Assembly: GCF_001194135.2 (NCBI RefSeq)
Contig: NC_068982.1
Coordinates: 4,436,193-4,500,112, forward strand
Reading direction: 5' to 3'
DNA: 63,920 bases
Source: Octopus bimaculoides
Lineage: Eukaryota
Shown: piece after piece, positions 1-12,522 of the stretch
Numbering within the stretch: the first letter of the stretch is position 1
How the letters are laid out: each line of letters begins with the position of its first letter
Position numbers and translations under genes: made by a program
The notes under the pieces: generated by a model
What the model was told of the DNA's origin: nothing
Database searches by the model: none
What the model saw: the letters and a program-made list of their open reading frames with translations, nothing else

Positions 1-46
1 GGTCTACTTCAAAAGGGGAAGAGATGCCGAAATGATATGTGTAGAA

Positions 47-316
47 CAGTAACCCCTCACCGTATCGCTGTTCACCTATCGCGGTTCACCCATCGCGGTT
101 CACCTACCACGGTTCACTTATCACGGTTTATTATTGAAGCTAACGTCGACACTTCCGTGGTGTTGCTTTGCATCTATGATAAAATAAATATATACAAATT
201 ATAAAAATAATAAGAAAAAAATACAGTACATTACTGTTTCTACTTCACGAAACTTTACCTATCGCGGGGTGGGGGTGGTTTGGATCGTAACACCCGCGAT
301 AGTCAGCGGATTACTG
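47..316. mobile_element. Tigger/pogo-like MITE (non-autonomous Tc1/mariner superfamily), degenerate
   Basis: Left end CAGTAACCCCTCACCGTATCGC (47-) resembles the reverse complement of the right end GCGATAGTCAGCGGATTACTG (-316). The right end is followed by TA at 317-318; the left flank is AA, so degenerate. Subterminal CGGTTCACC(T/C)A repeats lie at about 61-125. Confidence 0.6.
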
Positions 317-759
317 TAGTTTTTGTTTTGCAGCACCAGCGCCGATACATTTTGATTAAACCTCGTATCTGTAAACAAAATGACGAACCTATACAATATA
401 TATATATATACCAGAAATAGAGATAAACAACACGGAGATTGAAAATAGAAACCCTCTGTATAACAATAGACGCCTCAGAAATTAGGAAAAAAAAATGATA
501 AACACGAATATTTAATAGAAATTTTAAGATTTACACAAGTAAACAACACGACGGAAAACAGAACGACGTATATGACGCAGAAAAGTTTAAAGACTATTCA
601 CGTTAATACTCGTTGCTAAAATATAGTTGAGCCTGAATTTTCAATGAAAGCATACAGGACCACTGAATTAAGACCACTGAAATAGTTTTGCAAATAATCA
701 ATATTTATAACAACAGCCTAAGGGGAGAAGGTGAAATCGACCCCAATATTTGACAGGTA

Positions 760-1075
760 TTTGATTTTCTCGTCATCGAAATGGTTAAAGTATAAACGAC
801 GATTCCATCCAGTGGTTTGGGTTGAGTTTTTGATTGAGGTTGCAGCAGGAAGATCTCATAAGCCTTCTTACATCACTCAGGCTAGAAAATATGCCCCGAT
901 ATTTCGTGTAGTTCTTTCTCCATTAGCCTTTTGAAGGGAGATGGGGTTCTCTGGTCCTCCTTCCTTAGGAATAGATATGTTATTCCTCTATTGCTGTTAC
1001 TTGGATTAACTCTGGGAGGAAAAAGGGAAACATTATCTGGTTTTACACAATTCTCCGAATTAATTCCTTTTTTCA
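760..1075 (-). mobile_element. Degenerate R4/Dong-like non-LTR RT fragment
   Basis: Minus-strand peptides RGITYLFLRKED (cf. G-TYL-PK before the RT NYRPI motif) and KKAYEIF (cf. DYKKAYDSVPH); frameshifted. Confidence 0.35.
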
Positions 1076-1111
1076 CTGATTGCGAAAAAAAGCTCATCTG
1101 AACACTAAGAC

Positions 1112-1146
<35 letters not shown>

Positions 1147-1171
1147 ACAAAAACTACAATAATGCTAGTAA

Positions 1172-1388
1172 GCCTTTCTGCTATAGACACAAGGTCTGAA
1201 ATTTTAGGGGAAAGGGTTAGTCGATCACATCGACCCTGGTGCTCAACTCGGTATCTATTTAAGCGATCCCGAAAGGATGAAAGGCAAAGTCGACCTCAGG
1301 GGAGTTTGATCTCTGAACGTAAAGACGGACGAAATGCCGATAAGCATTTTTTCCGGCGTGCTAACAATTCTGGCAGCTCATCGCCTTA
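1172..1388 (-). mobile_element. SINE family A (tRNA-derived head), near full length
   Basis: The reverse complement starts AAGGCGATGAGCTGCCAGAATTGTTAGCACGCCGG, has a B-box-like GTTCAGAGATCAAACTCC, then the shared TTTCATCCTTTCGGGATCG core and a GTCTATAGCAGAAAGG tail. Confidence 0.85.
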
Positions 1389-1467
1389 ACGACAACATTA
1401 ATAGTAAATCTTCCGTTTTTTTTTTTTTTTGCATACATAGATGAAAACAGACTCAACAATCTTGGAA

Positions 1468-1622
1468 AAGTTTTCTGTCTGCTAAATTCCACTCACGAGA
1501 TATTGGTCAACCAGGGACTCGAGTAAAAGACAGTTGTCTACGTTGCCTCACAGCGGAAATAAATCAGGAGCAGCGTGGCTACAAAGCGAACTTAGTGACA
1601 GCATAATCATGTCTGCATCTAT
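1468..1622 (-). mobile_element. SINE family B 5' half, highly diverged
   Basis: Matches the reverse complement of the family-B head and body (CCACTCACGAG...GTAAAAGACA...). Confidence 0.55.
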
Positions 1623-1758
1623 GTATTTACGAAACTATATTCCTTGCCTGTTTATTATACGATTATTAATTAAATAGAATTATTTTGAAAATTGTAATGA
1701 TATAATCTATCTATTTATCTACATGTGTTTCATTCCTCTTCCTTCCCCCTCTATCTAG

Positions 1759-1790
<32 letters not shown>

Positions 1791-2735
1791 GAAGTGTCTT
1801 TAAACATTTTGATAAGATATTAATGTTTATCATTCGAGACTCTAATTTATTTAATATAATTGTTCTACAAACCAGTGTGAAACTTGCGATATTATCAAAA
1901 CAAAAGTAGAAAGTGTGATTTTCTTACTTTTGCTGAGGTTTTTATCTACTTCATTGAAATAATGCGTAGTATTTGCAATCAAAAATCGAAATAGGGTCGA
2001 AAGTATGCGAGATGTTTCACTCTACTTGAATACTTCTAGCTTTACGTAGAGAACGTAATGCGAGGCATTGTGTTGGTGAATACCTGAGCTGTAAGTTTGT
2101 TTTAATGACTGAGTCAGAGAAAATGAGCTTCCATGACAAGTAGAAGGAAAGGAAGAAATTATTCTCACATTGGAGACCTTATCTACATACTAGCGACAGA
2201 GTGGGCACCTCTAAACGTACCAGAGTGCTTGGTGAATGAGTTAAACCGGATGACGTATTGTTACCTATCAAAAGAAAAACATCTGCTTTAAAAGATTTTA
2301 GATGTAATCCAGAGGAAGGCGTCTTCATTTGACGCAATCGTTTTCCCACGGCCATTTCAAGTTTAGAATCTAGTAATTGTAAAGACAGCGCTGTATACCC
2401 CAGTGAGTAAATAACATTTTTAATGCAACTTTGAACTTAGTTTCCTTCGTTTTAAGTCAGAGCTGATAAAATTAAAAGAATAAATAAATACAAACGAGAC
2501 GTTTGTGTCGAAGCAAATGACAGTATTATTGTTCTTCAATAACTGAACGTCTGTATCAATGTAAAGTATTGTAATGAAGTTGGAGGATAGGAGAGCGTGC
2601 AGTGCTGATGGCCTCCTAGCGGTTAGTTTTGTTCTTGTACATTAAGGAACCGAATCGAACGACATCCAGCTTTGCCATCCATTATTTGCAAGGTCGATAA
2701 AACAAGTATACAGATATAGAGTTAGCCAGCAATAT

Positions 2736-2992
2736 GGAAGGCGCGTGGCTAAGGTATCAGGCTCACGACCTTAAAGTTGTGAGTTCGATTCCCAGAGGTG
2801 CGTTGTGCCCTTGTTTTGTCCTTCTATTTGTTGTTGTTCCACTTTGTTCAGTTCACTTGGCAAAACTGAGTTGTACCTGTAATTTAAAGAGCCAGTCTCA
2901 TCACATTCTGTGTCACGGTGAATGTCCCCGAGAACTACATTAAGGGCATGCATGTCTGTGGAGTACTCAGCCACTTGCATACTAATTTCACA
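2736..2992 (+). mobile_element. SINE family C, 3'-truncated
   Basis: GGCGCGTGGCT...GTGAGTTCGATTCCC head (A/B-box like), then GGCAAAACTGAGTTGTACCTG and CTCAGCCACTTGCA, shared with other C copies. Confidence 0.8.
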
Positions 2993-3074
2993 CTCAGAAA
3001 GGAAGAGAGAGAGAGAGATAGAGAGAGAGAGAGATGGAAACTGACCTTGTAATCATTTAAAAGAAATCAATATG

Positions 3075-3288
3075 ATGATTTCAAATTTTTGCCACAAGGG
3101 CAGCGTGGGGGAGGGAATTAAGTCGATTACATTGACCCCAGTGCGTAACCGGTACTTAATTTATCGACCCCGAAATGATGAAAGGCAAAGTGGACTTCGA
3201 TGGAATTTGAACTCAGAACGTAGCGGCAGATGTAATACTGCTAAGTATTTTTCCCGGCGTGCTAACGACTCGGCCAGCTCGCCGCCTT
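3075..3288 (-). mobile_element. SINE family A, full length
   Basis: The reverse complement is AAGGCGGCGAGCTGGCCGAGTCGTTAGCACGCCGG...GTTCTGAGTTCAAATTCC...TTTCATCATTTCGGGGTCGATAAATTAAGTACC. Confidence 0.9.
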
Positions 3289-3824
3289 AAGTAAAGAAAA
3301 AGAGATCAACATAAGGAAGGATTGAAACCTGATTCAGCAGAATATCCGACGGCTTCCTTTGGTAAGAACATTGAAAGCGACCCGTCACTCGAATAGGGGA
3401 TAATGTATTTGATGATTTGTGAAAGTTTCAGTTTGTTTAACCCTTCATTTGAATAAAATGTAATTGCATCACCTGTGTATAGATTTTAATTAAAAGTTTA
3501 AACAGTGCTAATTGGATGAGAGACAGATAACAGTTAATTGGTTAATTACATGGAAAAGTAAAGAGAAAAAAACGTATTGTCGCATAAATACCAGAAGAAA
3601 TGAAAGAATGGTACAGTTGCTGTTTCAGAAGCATTTTGGCTTTGAATAGTAGGTGTCATCTCACTCTGATGGTTCCATGTTTAATAGAGAGCTCTTGAGA
3701 GAGATGAAATCCGGGTGAGTTTTGTAAGCGTTGGGTTTAGTTGCATTCGTGGCTACTAGGACAGTGCTATTTTGAGGAGAAGCAGTCAGAAATGGTGAAG
3801 AAACTTGTGATATTTCATCTTTTT

Positions 3825-4395
3825 TAATCTTCTCTTTCACATTTTTCAGTCATTAGACTGCGGCCATGCAGAGGCAATGCCTTGAAGAATTTTAAGTCGA
3901 ACAGATCGATCCAGTACTTATTTTTTAAAGCCTGCTGCTTATTCTATCGGTTGCTTTTGCTGAATCGCTAAGTTACAGGGACGAAAACGTGTCAACACCA
4001 GTTGTCAAGTGGTGGGCCGCGGGACAAACACAAACACAAATACATATACATACAGAATATATATATATATATATANNNNNNNNNNNNNNNNNNNNNNNNN
4101 NNNNNNNNNNNNNNNNNNNNNNNNNNNNNNNNNNNNNNNNNNNNNNNNNNNNNNNNNNNNNNNNNNNNNNNNNNNNNNNNNNNNNNNNNNNNNNNNNNNN
4201 NNNNNNNNNNNNNNNNNNNNNNNNNNNNNNNNATATATATATATATATATACACTTCGGGTTTCTTTTATAAGGTTTTAGCCGGCCCCCGAGGCTATAGA
4301 AAAAGACGCCTGGCCATGGTGCCACGCAGTGGGAGTATTCCCTGAACTATGTGGTTGGTAAACGAGCTTCTCACCGTACAGCCACGTCCGCGCAT
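3825..4395 (-). mobile_element. SINE family B spanning an N-gap in its internal microsatellite
   Basis: The 3' half (TCAGTCATTAGACTGCGGCCATGC...TTGTCAAG) lies left of the gap and the head (GTGCCACGCAGTGGGA...ACAGCCACG) lies right of it. Confidence 0.8.
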
Positions 4396-4415
4396 TTGAA
4401 GATAAAATAAGAAAA

Positions 4416-4771
4416 TGGAGACGTGGCTGTGTGGTAAGAAAGTTGCTTCCCAACTACATGGTTCCCGGTTCAGTTCCACTGCGCGGCAACTTGGGTAAGT
4501 ATCTTCTGCTATAGCCGCGGCCCGACAAAAGCCTTGTGAGTGGATCTGGTAGACGGAAACTGAAAGAAGCATGTCATGTACATATACGTATATACTTGTG
4601 TGTTTGTGTCTGTGTTTGTTCCTCTATCATCGCTTGACAACCGACATTGGTGTGTTTACGGCAAGAGAGACCGATAGAATAAGTACCAGGCTTACAAAGA
4701 ATAAGTCCAGGTGGTGCTCCAGCCTTGCCACAGTCAAAATGACAGAAACAAGTAAAAGAATAAAAGAATAA
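4416..4771 (+). mobile_element. SINE family B, near full length, head-to-head with the previous copy
   Basis: CGTGGCTGTGTGGTAAGAAAGTTGCTTCC head, GACGGAAACTGAAAGAAGC, internal TA/TG tract, tail GAAACAAGTAAAAGAATAAAAGAATA. Confidence 0.9.
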
Positions 4772-5904
4772 ACACTAGAAAGAAGGAATAAATTAGTTTT
4801 TATAAGGGTTCAAAATATAATTAAAATTTAGGTGTTTCCCTGTTTCTCGATTGCTACCTGATAGGTATTTGAAGACATAATGAGATTTAATATTCCATTA
4901 CTTACCTGATCGCCCCTCTATCGATGTGCCATTCATAGAAACGTTTGATTTTTCCACCCTACGCGCTAAGTAATCTAATTATGCTTTACCAGTTATTTGG
5001 GATTTTATTACCATATGTCCCACAAACAAAAACTCACAAATTTCTTTTTGATTCTTGACTTTATTTAATAGATAAACAGTATTTTATTGTCATTGATGTT
5101 CATTTGACAACTAATGACCAAGAATGACTTAAAAGCGAAAGGGGTTTATGAATTAATTATTTCAATATATGTTGATTTATTTCTATGTTTAAGACATTTA
5201 ATCCTTGACCAAAACAATTTTGGGGTTAAAACCACAAACTATCATACGTTGGAATAATTATTTCTGCTGCTGTATTCTCCATTAAATTTTCCTTGCTATG
5301 TAATCTGCCAGCTATAAGCATCTTTTAGAAAGGTGGTACTAATTATCTTGAAGTTTGTTTAACTGAGGCAACGTAACACCTAAAATTGGTGTGCATTCGT
5401 CACTTATACCATGCGTACGTATGTGGGTGTATGTATGAAAGGGCATACGGCCATAAGACACTTTCTTAGAAAGTCCAGTTAATCCATGCCTGAATGGAAA
5501 ACAAATGTAGAACGACTGCACGTAGATTTCAAAATTAAGGAAATTGCAATCTGCTATATTCGACGCCCGAGATAATGCGTAGCTTTCAGTTTTCTTTCAA
5601 ATTCTATCAACTATAGATGCAGAGAGAATAATTCAGAGGACTAAAGCTTAACATAACGTCCAAAATGCAGTTTCGACTTCCTAAATGTATTCCAAACATT
5701 TATACTTATCCTTAGGTAATGATTTCTCTATTTTCATAACATGCGGATATAAATGATTTCTCTTAAAACATTCTTTTCCATGATAAATTTCAGGAAATAT
5801 TGAACTTTAGGTATTAACAAGTACATCTGCTTTTGTAATTAACGAATTCATGAATACTTAAAATGAATTTTCATGTTAGGTAGGATATTGGTATAAAGTT
5901 CTTG

Positions 5905-7140
5905 TTTAAAACTACTAGACAACAGAAGAGTAAATCTTTGCTTTCAACCGGAAATGTGGAAGCAATTTCACTTTACTATGAATGGTAAAATGACGTGGTG
6001 TCTTGCCTAACATTCGCGAATATGAATTCGTATAAAGATACTTAGTTAAAACGTCTGCATGAATCTATTTACAAGAAAATTTTGTATTTCTTTCGTATTA
6101 ATACTGTGAATAAATATTAGAAAATGTTAAAGATCAAATTCGTCACTGAATAAAAAATAAGCATGTTCTCCCATTTTATTCAAAATGATTTTACTGCTCA
6201 AGTTGTTTGTATTATAGCTGAAAATATTGCTCAGTCAACTTCCTTAAAGCCATGGAGAATGTTGTTGCAGCTCTTGCTCCAGAAAAAACTCCAAACTTCG
6301 AGAAGCAATAAAGCCAGTTTCCATCTTTTATCTAACTCTTATCAGATATATCTATGAATCTGATCCCGAAAGCTGTGTTGCTTTCAGTTTAACATTAGGT
6401 CAATCTATAGATATCCAAGATACTCAAAATATCCCACGAATAGTTATATTTGTTCGCTATGTTAGAAAAATGTGAGAGGTAAAAGACTTATTGGACATGA
6501 TAAGCTCAAAGAAAACCACCAAAAGTATTGACTTGAAAAAAACATTATTAAATATTCATGTACCGCAACATAAACTTATTATTGTAATAAACGGAGTACG
6601 AGATATGGTAATCTGTCTGTTAAGAGATCCCATGCATCTCTTTTCAATGAGCATTTGGTATGCAAACACATCCAGTTCAACGATATCATAGAATGATGTA
6701 CAAATTTAGAATTACTTTCAGATAAAGATGACTGTCAACTAGCAAACTGCTGAATAAGTTTTTTGCACTTTTTGAACTAATCATTGCAACGAACTCGTAC
6801 AGGATCAAAGACAGTGAAATGAGATAAAATGAAGGTAAGTTTACGATGATTTTCAGGTCGGAGAATCTAAAACAGCTAAAACCGTGCTTTAAGTTCTTGC
6901 GAATCTTTTTTCTGATAGATGACATTAATGCTAGATGTATTATTATTGCAATTTTTGAAGCGGAGGTTCCTTCAATAGAAACAGAAAATATTAAGCTGCC
7001 ATATGTGGGTCTAAATCTAGTATATAAGGCTAACCACTTTGAGAATCCAGTGTTTCAAGAAAATTATTCTGATTCCAAGAAAACATGCTTCCGACTCCCT
7101 TCTGTTTCGGGGACTACTTACTATTCAGCCGGTATTAATT
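5905..7140 (+). mobile_element. Degenerate hAT (Charlie/SPIN/GTF2IRD2-like) transposase remnant
   Basis: Manual translation gives FQPEMWKQFHFTMNGK (N-terminal zinc-finger region), FSLTLGQSIDIQDT...IFVRYV from 6383 (cf. FSLxLDESTDxxDTxQLxIFVRYV), KTTKSIDL, and C-terminal RLPSVSGTTYY (cf. LLSxFGSTYxCE). Stops and deletions are present; no TIRs were found. Confidence 0.7.
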
Positions 7141-7569
7141 TTTAAGTATTAATTACAAAATGAAAACTCAAGAAAAAACAATCTACGAGCAAAGTTCCAT
7201 CAGTCAAAGTTGGTTACCAAAACTATATTTTATTTCTAAATAGATTGTTAAAATATGTCTTGAGCGTAAAAATTGTTTTATCAAACAATTTGGCCATGCA
7301 TTATACTTGCATGCATACATAGATACATAGATACATACATACACATGAATATACATGTATACACACATACACACACACATGCATACATACAAGTGGAAAG
7401 AATAGTACTCGAAAGCTAAAAGCAGAGTAATATACTATTTTATTAACGCCGAAAAATAATGTATGTATGCATATATATGTATATATATATATATATATGA
7501 GAGTATCGTAGTTCGCTTGAAGCATTGTGTATTGTTTGTAAAAATATAATGTGTCTTGAGTAAACTGTG

Positions 7570-7606
<37 letters not shown>

Positions 7607-8330
7607 NNNNNNNNNNNNNNNNNNNNNNNNNNNNNNNNNNNNNNNNNNNNNNNNNNNNNNNNNNNNNNNNNNNNNNNNNNNNNNNNNNNNNNNNNNNNNN
7701 NNNNNNNNNNNNNNNNNNNNNNNNNNNNNNNNNNNNNNNNNNNNNNNNNNNNNNNNNNNNNNNNNNNNNNNNNNNNNNNNNNNNNNNNNNNNNNNNNNNN
7801 NNNNNNNNNNNNNNNNNNNNNNNNNNNNNNNNNNNNNNNNNNNNNNNNNNNNNNNNNNNNNNNNNNNNNNNNNNNNNNNNNNNNNNNNNNNNNNNNNNNN
7901 NNNNNNNNNNNNNNNNNNNNNNNNNNNNNNNNNNNNNNNNNNNNNNNNNNNNNNNNNNNNNNNNNNNNNNNNNNNNNNNNNNNNNNNNNNNNNNNNNNNN
8001 NNNNNNNNNNNNNNNNNNNNNNNNNNNNNNNNNNNNNNNNNNNNNNNNNNNNNNNNNNNNNNNNNNNNNNNNNNNNNNNNNNNNNNNNNNNNNNNNNNNN
8101 NNNNNNNNNNNNNNNNNNNNNNNNNNNNNNNNNNNNNNNNNNNNNNNNNNNNCTCTAGTGGTATTAATAAAAGGCTTTGTCCAAAAGCTAGTTATCGCTT
8201 CAAAATATCGATTTACTCTCCTAACCAAATCCTTAAGTCAAGTTAATTAAAATGTATTTATTTGAATGGACGCACAGTGTTAATAATTTTAATCGGTGAT
8301 TCAATCTTATTCTGGAAAAAACATTTCTTA

Positions 8331-8378
<48 letters not shown>

Positions 8379-9472
8379 AAAAATGGTATCGTATTACAGA
8401 TTTAAAATTACTGTGTCGTCTACACAGCTGTGTTCTCATTAATATTGACCAAGTAAATGACTCACAAAAACCAGATGAATTTTGACAAACCTGTCAAATT
8501 ATGCTTGTAGAATCGATTTGTGAAGTTTGGCTTTCGCTATATTAGCCTCTCTTGTTTTCGTTTTAGGAAGAGCGGGCCATGTCACTTGATATGAAGATTA
8601 TTTTTGCTGGTCAAGTTTTGGGTTTTCAATTCAAAGGCTCGGATCTCATTAAGCGTCCGAACAAGTAACCCAAAGGTTGATATGAGTACTGGTACTGCAA
8701 ACACATTGTAAGCAATTGTTTTATTGTATGTAGAGAGTTCTGAGGCTGTTATATTCCTTGCCGGTGGGTTCCTTGTTAGCGGTACCACCATAAGATATGT
8801 TTTCATCTATCCTAAGGTACCTGTAGCATTTCTTATCGGGTATCGACGGAATAGTCAAGCTATTGATGGAAATACTGCTAGTTTGGCTTATAAGTTCCTC
8901 TATTTTTAGATTCATATGGGAACTTTCATCTTACCCAAGCTGCATCGTTATATTTTTGAGAATGTTATACCCGGGTTAAGGTTCTTTTTCATATCATGCA
9001 TGCTCCTGGTATGCAGTTCAAGTCAGCTACGAAGGAGCAAAGTGAAATCTTAGCACATCTGTTCCTTGCGAATCAGTGAGACAGCCTTTAAACTTTCAGC
9101 ATGAATCAGAAGGGTTAATTGGAAGGATGAAAGGCATCGCACAGAAACAATTGCCTTGGAATATACTCCTGCAATCACTTGTTTTTCAACTTCAAGATGG
9201 TGGCCTAAGATGGAGTCAGGTCAGTGACGGCTTTGATTACGTTCTCTGAAATTGTAGCAAGTTGAAGGGTCTCTAGCTTCCCGAAGTCGGGGACAGAGTC
9301 AAAAGCTTTCTTATAGTCCAACCACTGATTTTATTTCACAGTTCTATTGACCAACAATTGCTCACCACATTCTCAAGTTCTTTCTTGCCAGCTGCTTGTT
9401 CTCTTGTGATGATAGCATTTTCACATTGCTCTTGGATGAATAGGTTTAAACAGGCAGTATATATTTTTACAT

Positions 9473-9570
9473 TAAATTCTGGCATGCAATAAATTCTGGC
9501 ATGCAATAAATTCTGGCATGCAATAAATTCTGGCATGCAATAAATTCTGGCATGCAATAAATTCTGGCAT
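9473..9570 (+). repeat. 17-bp minisatellite TAAATTCTGGCATGCAA, 5 perfect copies plus 13 bp
   Basis: Read directly; it lies inside the RT remnant. Confidence 0.95.
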
Positions 9571-9706
9571 ACAGTTATTTACCTACTTACTGGCTCTGTT
9601 TTCGGATATCAGTTTTCTCCGTACCAGAGCAAATCAGTGTAGTATGCTAATATCCCCATTGAGAGTTTACTGGTGCAGGTTGATAAGATACAGTCAATAG
9701 AAGGCC

Positions 9707-9763
9707 AGCTTCTACCAGTGTCTATCAATCAAGCTTCTACCAGTGTCTATCGATCAAGCTTCT
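9707..9763 (+). repeat. 25-bp tandem duplication AGCTTCTACCAGTGTCTATC(A/G)ATCA
   Basis: Two copies (9707-9731 and 9732-9756) plus AGCTTCT. Confidence 0.9.
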
Positions 9764-9884
9764 TTCTGACGCCTTTTCATCCTAAAATATTGGAATCGCA
9801 GTCACAAGGGTATCATCATTGATGCCGTATGTTTTGGGCATTATACAGGGACAATAATATCTTTAGATTTATACTGGTCATAGA

Positions 9885-10253
9885 GCAACCCGGTTAAGTT
9901 CATTGTTTCATTCCACATCAAAAACGTCAACAAAATGAGAAACGAGAACATAAAAAACTAAAACAGAAAACGAACTTTTCTCCGAACAACGAAAGAAACA
10001 AACAGAGAAACGAGACAGGCAACATAAAGAACATTTCCTTCATCAGTTGTCCCCTGTTTTATCTACTCTGCGTTTCGAAGGTTAGGACAAAACGCGACTT
10101 CGTTAAAACAGTCCTTCCCGCAAAGCAAATTAAATAAAAGTTGGGAATTTTTGCGGAGGGTTAAAGTGGTAACAAAAACAGTAAAAGCAAGCAGTGAGGG
10201 CTGTTAAGCCAGGACGATGTGAAGAACGAGCTTTGAGAAGAGATAGGCAATAT
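9885..10253 (-). repeat. Interspersed repeat, possibly a Penelope-type terminal region
   Basis: Its reverse complement shares CTTCGAAACGC...CTGATGAAGGA.ATGTTCT.TATGT.GCCTGT with 40095-40215 (+). Confidence 0.45.
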
Positions 10254-12139
10254 ANNNNNNNNNNNNNNNNNNNNNNNNNNNNNNNNNNNNNNNNNNNNNN
10301 NNNNNNNNNNNNNNNNNNNNNNNNNNNNNNNNNNNNNNNNNNNNNNNNNNNNNNNNNNNNNNNNNNNNNNNNNNNNNNNNNNNNNNNNNNNNNNNNNNNN
10401 NNNNNNNNNNNNNNNNNNNNNNNNNNNNNNNNNNNNNNNNNNNNNNNNNNNNNNNNNNNNNNNNNNNNNNNNNNNNNNNNNNNNNNNNNNNNNNNNNNNN
10501 NNNNNNNNNNNNNNNNNNNNNNNNNNNNNNNNNNNNNNNNNNNNNNNNNNNNNNNNNNNNNNNNNNNNNNNNNNNNNNNNNNNNNNNNNNNNNNNNNNNN
10601 NNNNNNNNNNNNNNNNNNNNNNNNNNNNNNNNNNNNNNNNNNNNNNNNNNNNNNNNNNNNNNNNNNNNNNNNNNNNNNNNNNNNNNNNNNNNNNNNNNNN
10701 NNNNNNNNNNNNNNNNNNNNNNNNNNNNNNNNNNNNNNNNNNNNNNNNNNNNNNNNNNNNNNNNNNNNNNNNNNNNNNNNNNNNNNNNNNNNNNNNNNNN
10801 NNNNNNNNNNNNNNNNNNNNNNNNNNNNNNNNNNNNNNNNNNNNNNNNNNNNNNNNNNNNNNNNNNNNNNNNNNNNNNNNNNNNNNNNNNNNNNNNNNNN
10901 NNNNNNNNNNNNNNNNNNNNNNNNNNNNNNNNNNNNNNNNNNNNNNNNNNNNNNNNNNNNNNNNNNNNNNNNNNNNNNNNNNNNNNTATATATATCTATA
11001 TATATATATATCAAGAGAGGAAGAAACTTTGAAAATGCCACCCTTATAATGTTGTGTAACGGTGTAGACCTGCAATATAGAGAGTTGACTACTACTACAA
11101 AAAAAAAAACACTGCATAAACGTGTGAAACCCTTCCATATTCGAATCATGTGAGTCGTAAGTAAATGCTTTTCAGTGGCGATTCGGTGCACCAAGAATGA
11201 GCATAAGATAATATTTTAGAAAGAATAATTGAGTTTCTTTTATTTGTGATGTTGTATCAGCGAGGATTTTCCCCACCAATATGTGTTTCTTCCCTATCAC
11301 AAATACTGGTGAGTCTTTCAAGAAGATTCGATGATGTCCGTGAGTACATTACATTTTTGATATTTTTAGGAAATTGTATAACGGAAAAAACCCTAAAAAA
11401 GTTATGATCTACTTTAATATTTTCTCTTATCTTTTCTCTTCCTGCCGAAACTAATCATTCTTATGTTGGTGGCGCACGAAATGGAAGCGGTTTAATATTT
11501 GGACTAATCTTCCTTTCTTTTTGTTGCAGTTTCTTTTTGTGTTGTGGTAAAGCAGTTTTAACATTTTCTATTTATATAAAGCTGCTGACACGTATATACT
11601 AAATCTGAACATAGACCTTACTAATCCCAACAGTCTTGGAGGCTGTGAAGGCCGTGGCTACTGCTCCTTCTCCAAATGAAGCCTCAAAATGTAGACGCAA
11701 ACATTATTCACTGGATCACCATATTCTGGTTTAATGCTACATCTTAATGATAAAGTTATCAAGATAGATTCTTCAGTTTCATTATCACTTATGCGTTTAT
11801 CTTCATTTTATTGCAAATGTCATTTATATCTGCTTTACGAACACTTCCTTTATTTTACACACATACATACATACATACATACATACATACATACATACAT
11901 ACATACATACATACGTACATATTTCTTACTGATTCTATGATTATATCATAGAATTATTTTTCTGATTGAAAAAACTATCAATAAGATGTGCTATAGGAAA
12001 TTACATCGTCAACGATATCATGAACAGAAGCGAAGTTAACCATCATATGATTCGCTCAATTTTTTCACGTCTTTGCACCTGAAATGTGTAACCATATATT
12101 TCAATACATACCCATACACAAGCATATACCTAAACGAAT

Positions 12140-12176
<37 letters not shown>

Positions 12177-12177
<1 letters not shown>

Positions 12178-12246
12178 GTTCGCATACACACGTTCGCATA
12201 CACACGTTCGCATACACACGTTCGCATACACACGTTCGCATACACA
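12177..12246 (+). repeat. 14-bp minisatellite CGTTCGCATACACA x5, following (CT)n(CA)n
   Basis: Five perfect copies read directly. Confidence 0.95.
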
Positions 12247-12338
12247 TGCATCATCTATTTTTATTCCATACGATTATTTTGCAACTAAATTTCATAGTCA
12301 CTTTCTTCTTTATATGCGGAGACATACAATATATATAC

Positions 12339-12522
12339 TGGTTTCAACTTTTGGCAGAAAGTCAGCAATTTCAGGGGAAGAAGTTATGCCGATTTCATCG
12401 ACCTCAGTGTTCAACTGGTACTTAATTTATCGATCACAGTAGCATTTGAACTTAGAACGTAAATAGGGACGAAATACTGCGAAGCATTTTGCCCGATGTG
12501 TTAAGGGTTTTGCCTTTTCCGC
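12339..12522 (-). mobile_element. SINE family A, diverged
   Basis: TGGTTTCAACTTTTGGC tail, CAACTGGTACTTAATTTATCGA core, GAACTTAGAACGTAAA B-box region. Confidence 0.75.

Larger units (their letters stand above)
8575..9860 (-). mobile_element. Degenerate R4/Dong-clade non-LTR retrotransposon RT region
   Basis: WLDYKKAFDSVP (9289-9324), EQAAGKK, GIFQG (about 9154-9169), YRYLRIDENISY and ELSTYNKTIAYNVFAVPVL; many stops and frameshifts. Confidence 0.85.

Noticed and set aside
9473-9570. Regular direct repeats as a possible CRISPR array
   Set aside because: The units are contiguous with no unique spacers, the context is eukaryotic, and there are no cas genes.
11030-11200. Possible GIY-YIG endonuclease remnant next to the gap
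   Set aside because: The resemblance (LCNGVDLQY...LHKRV) is too weak, and the catalytic residues are not identifiable.
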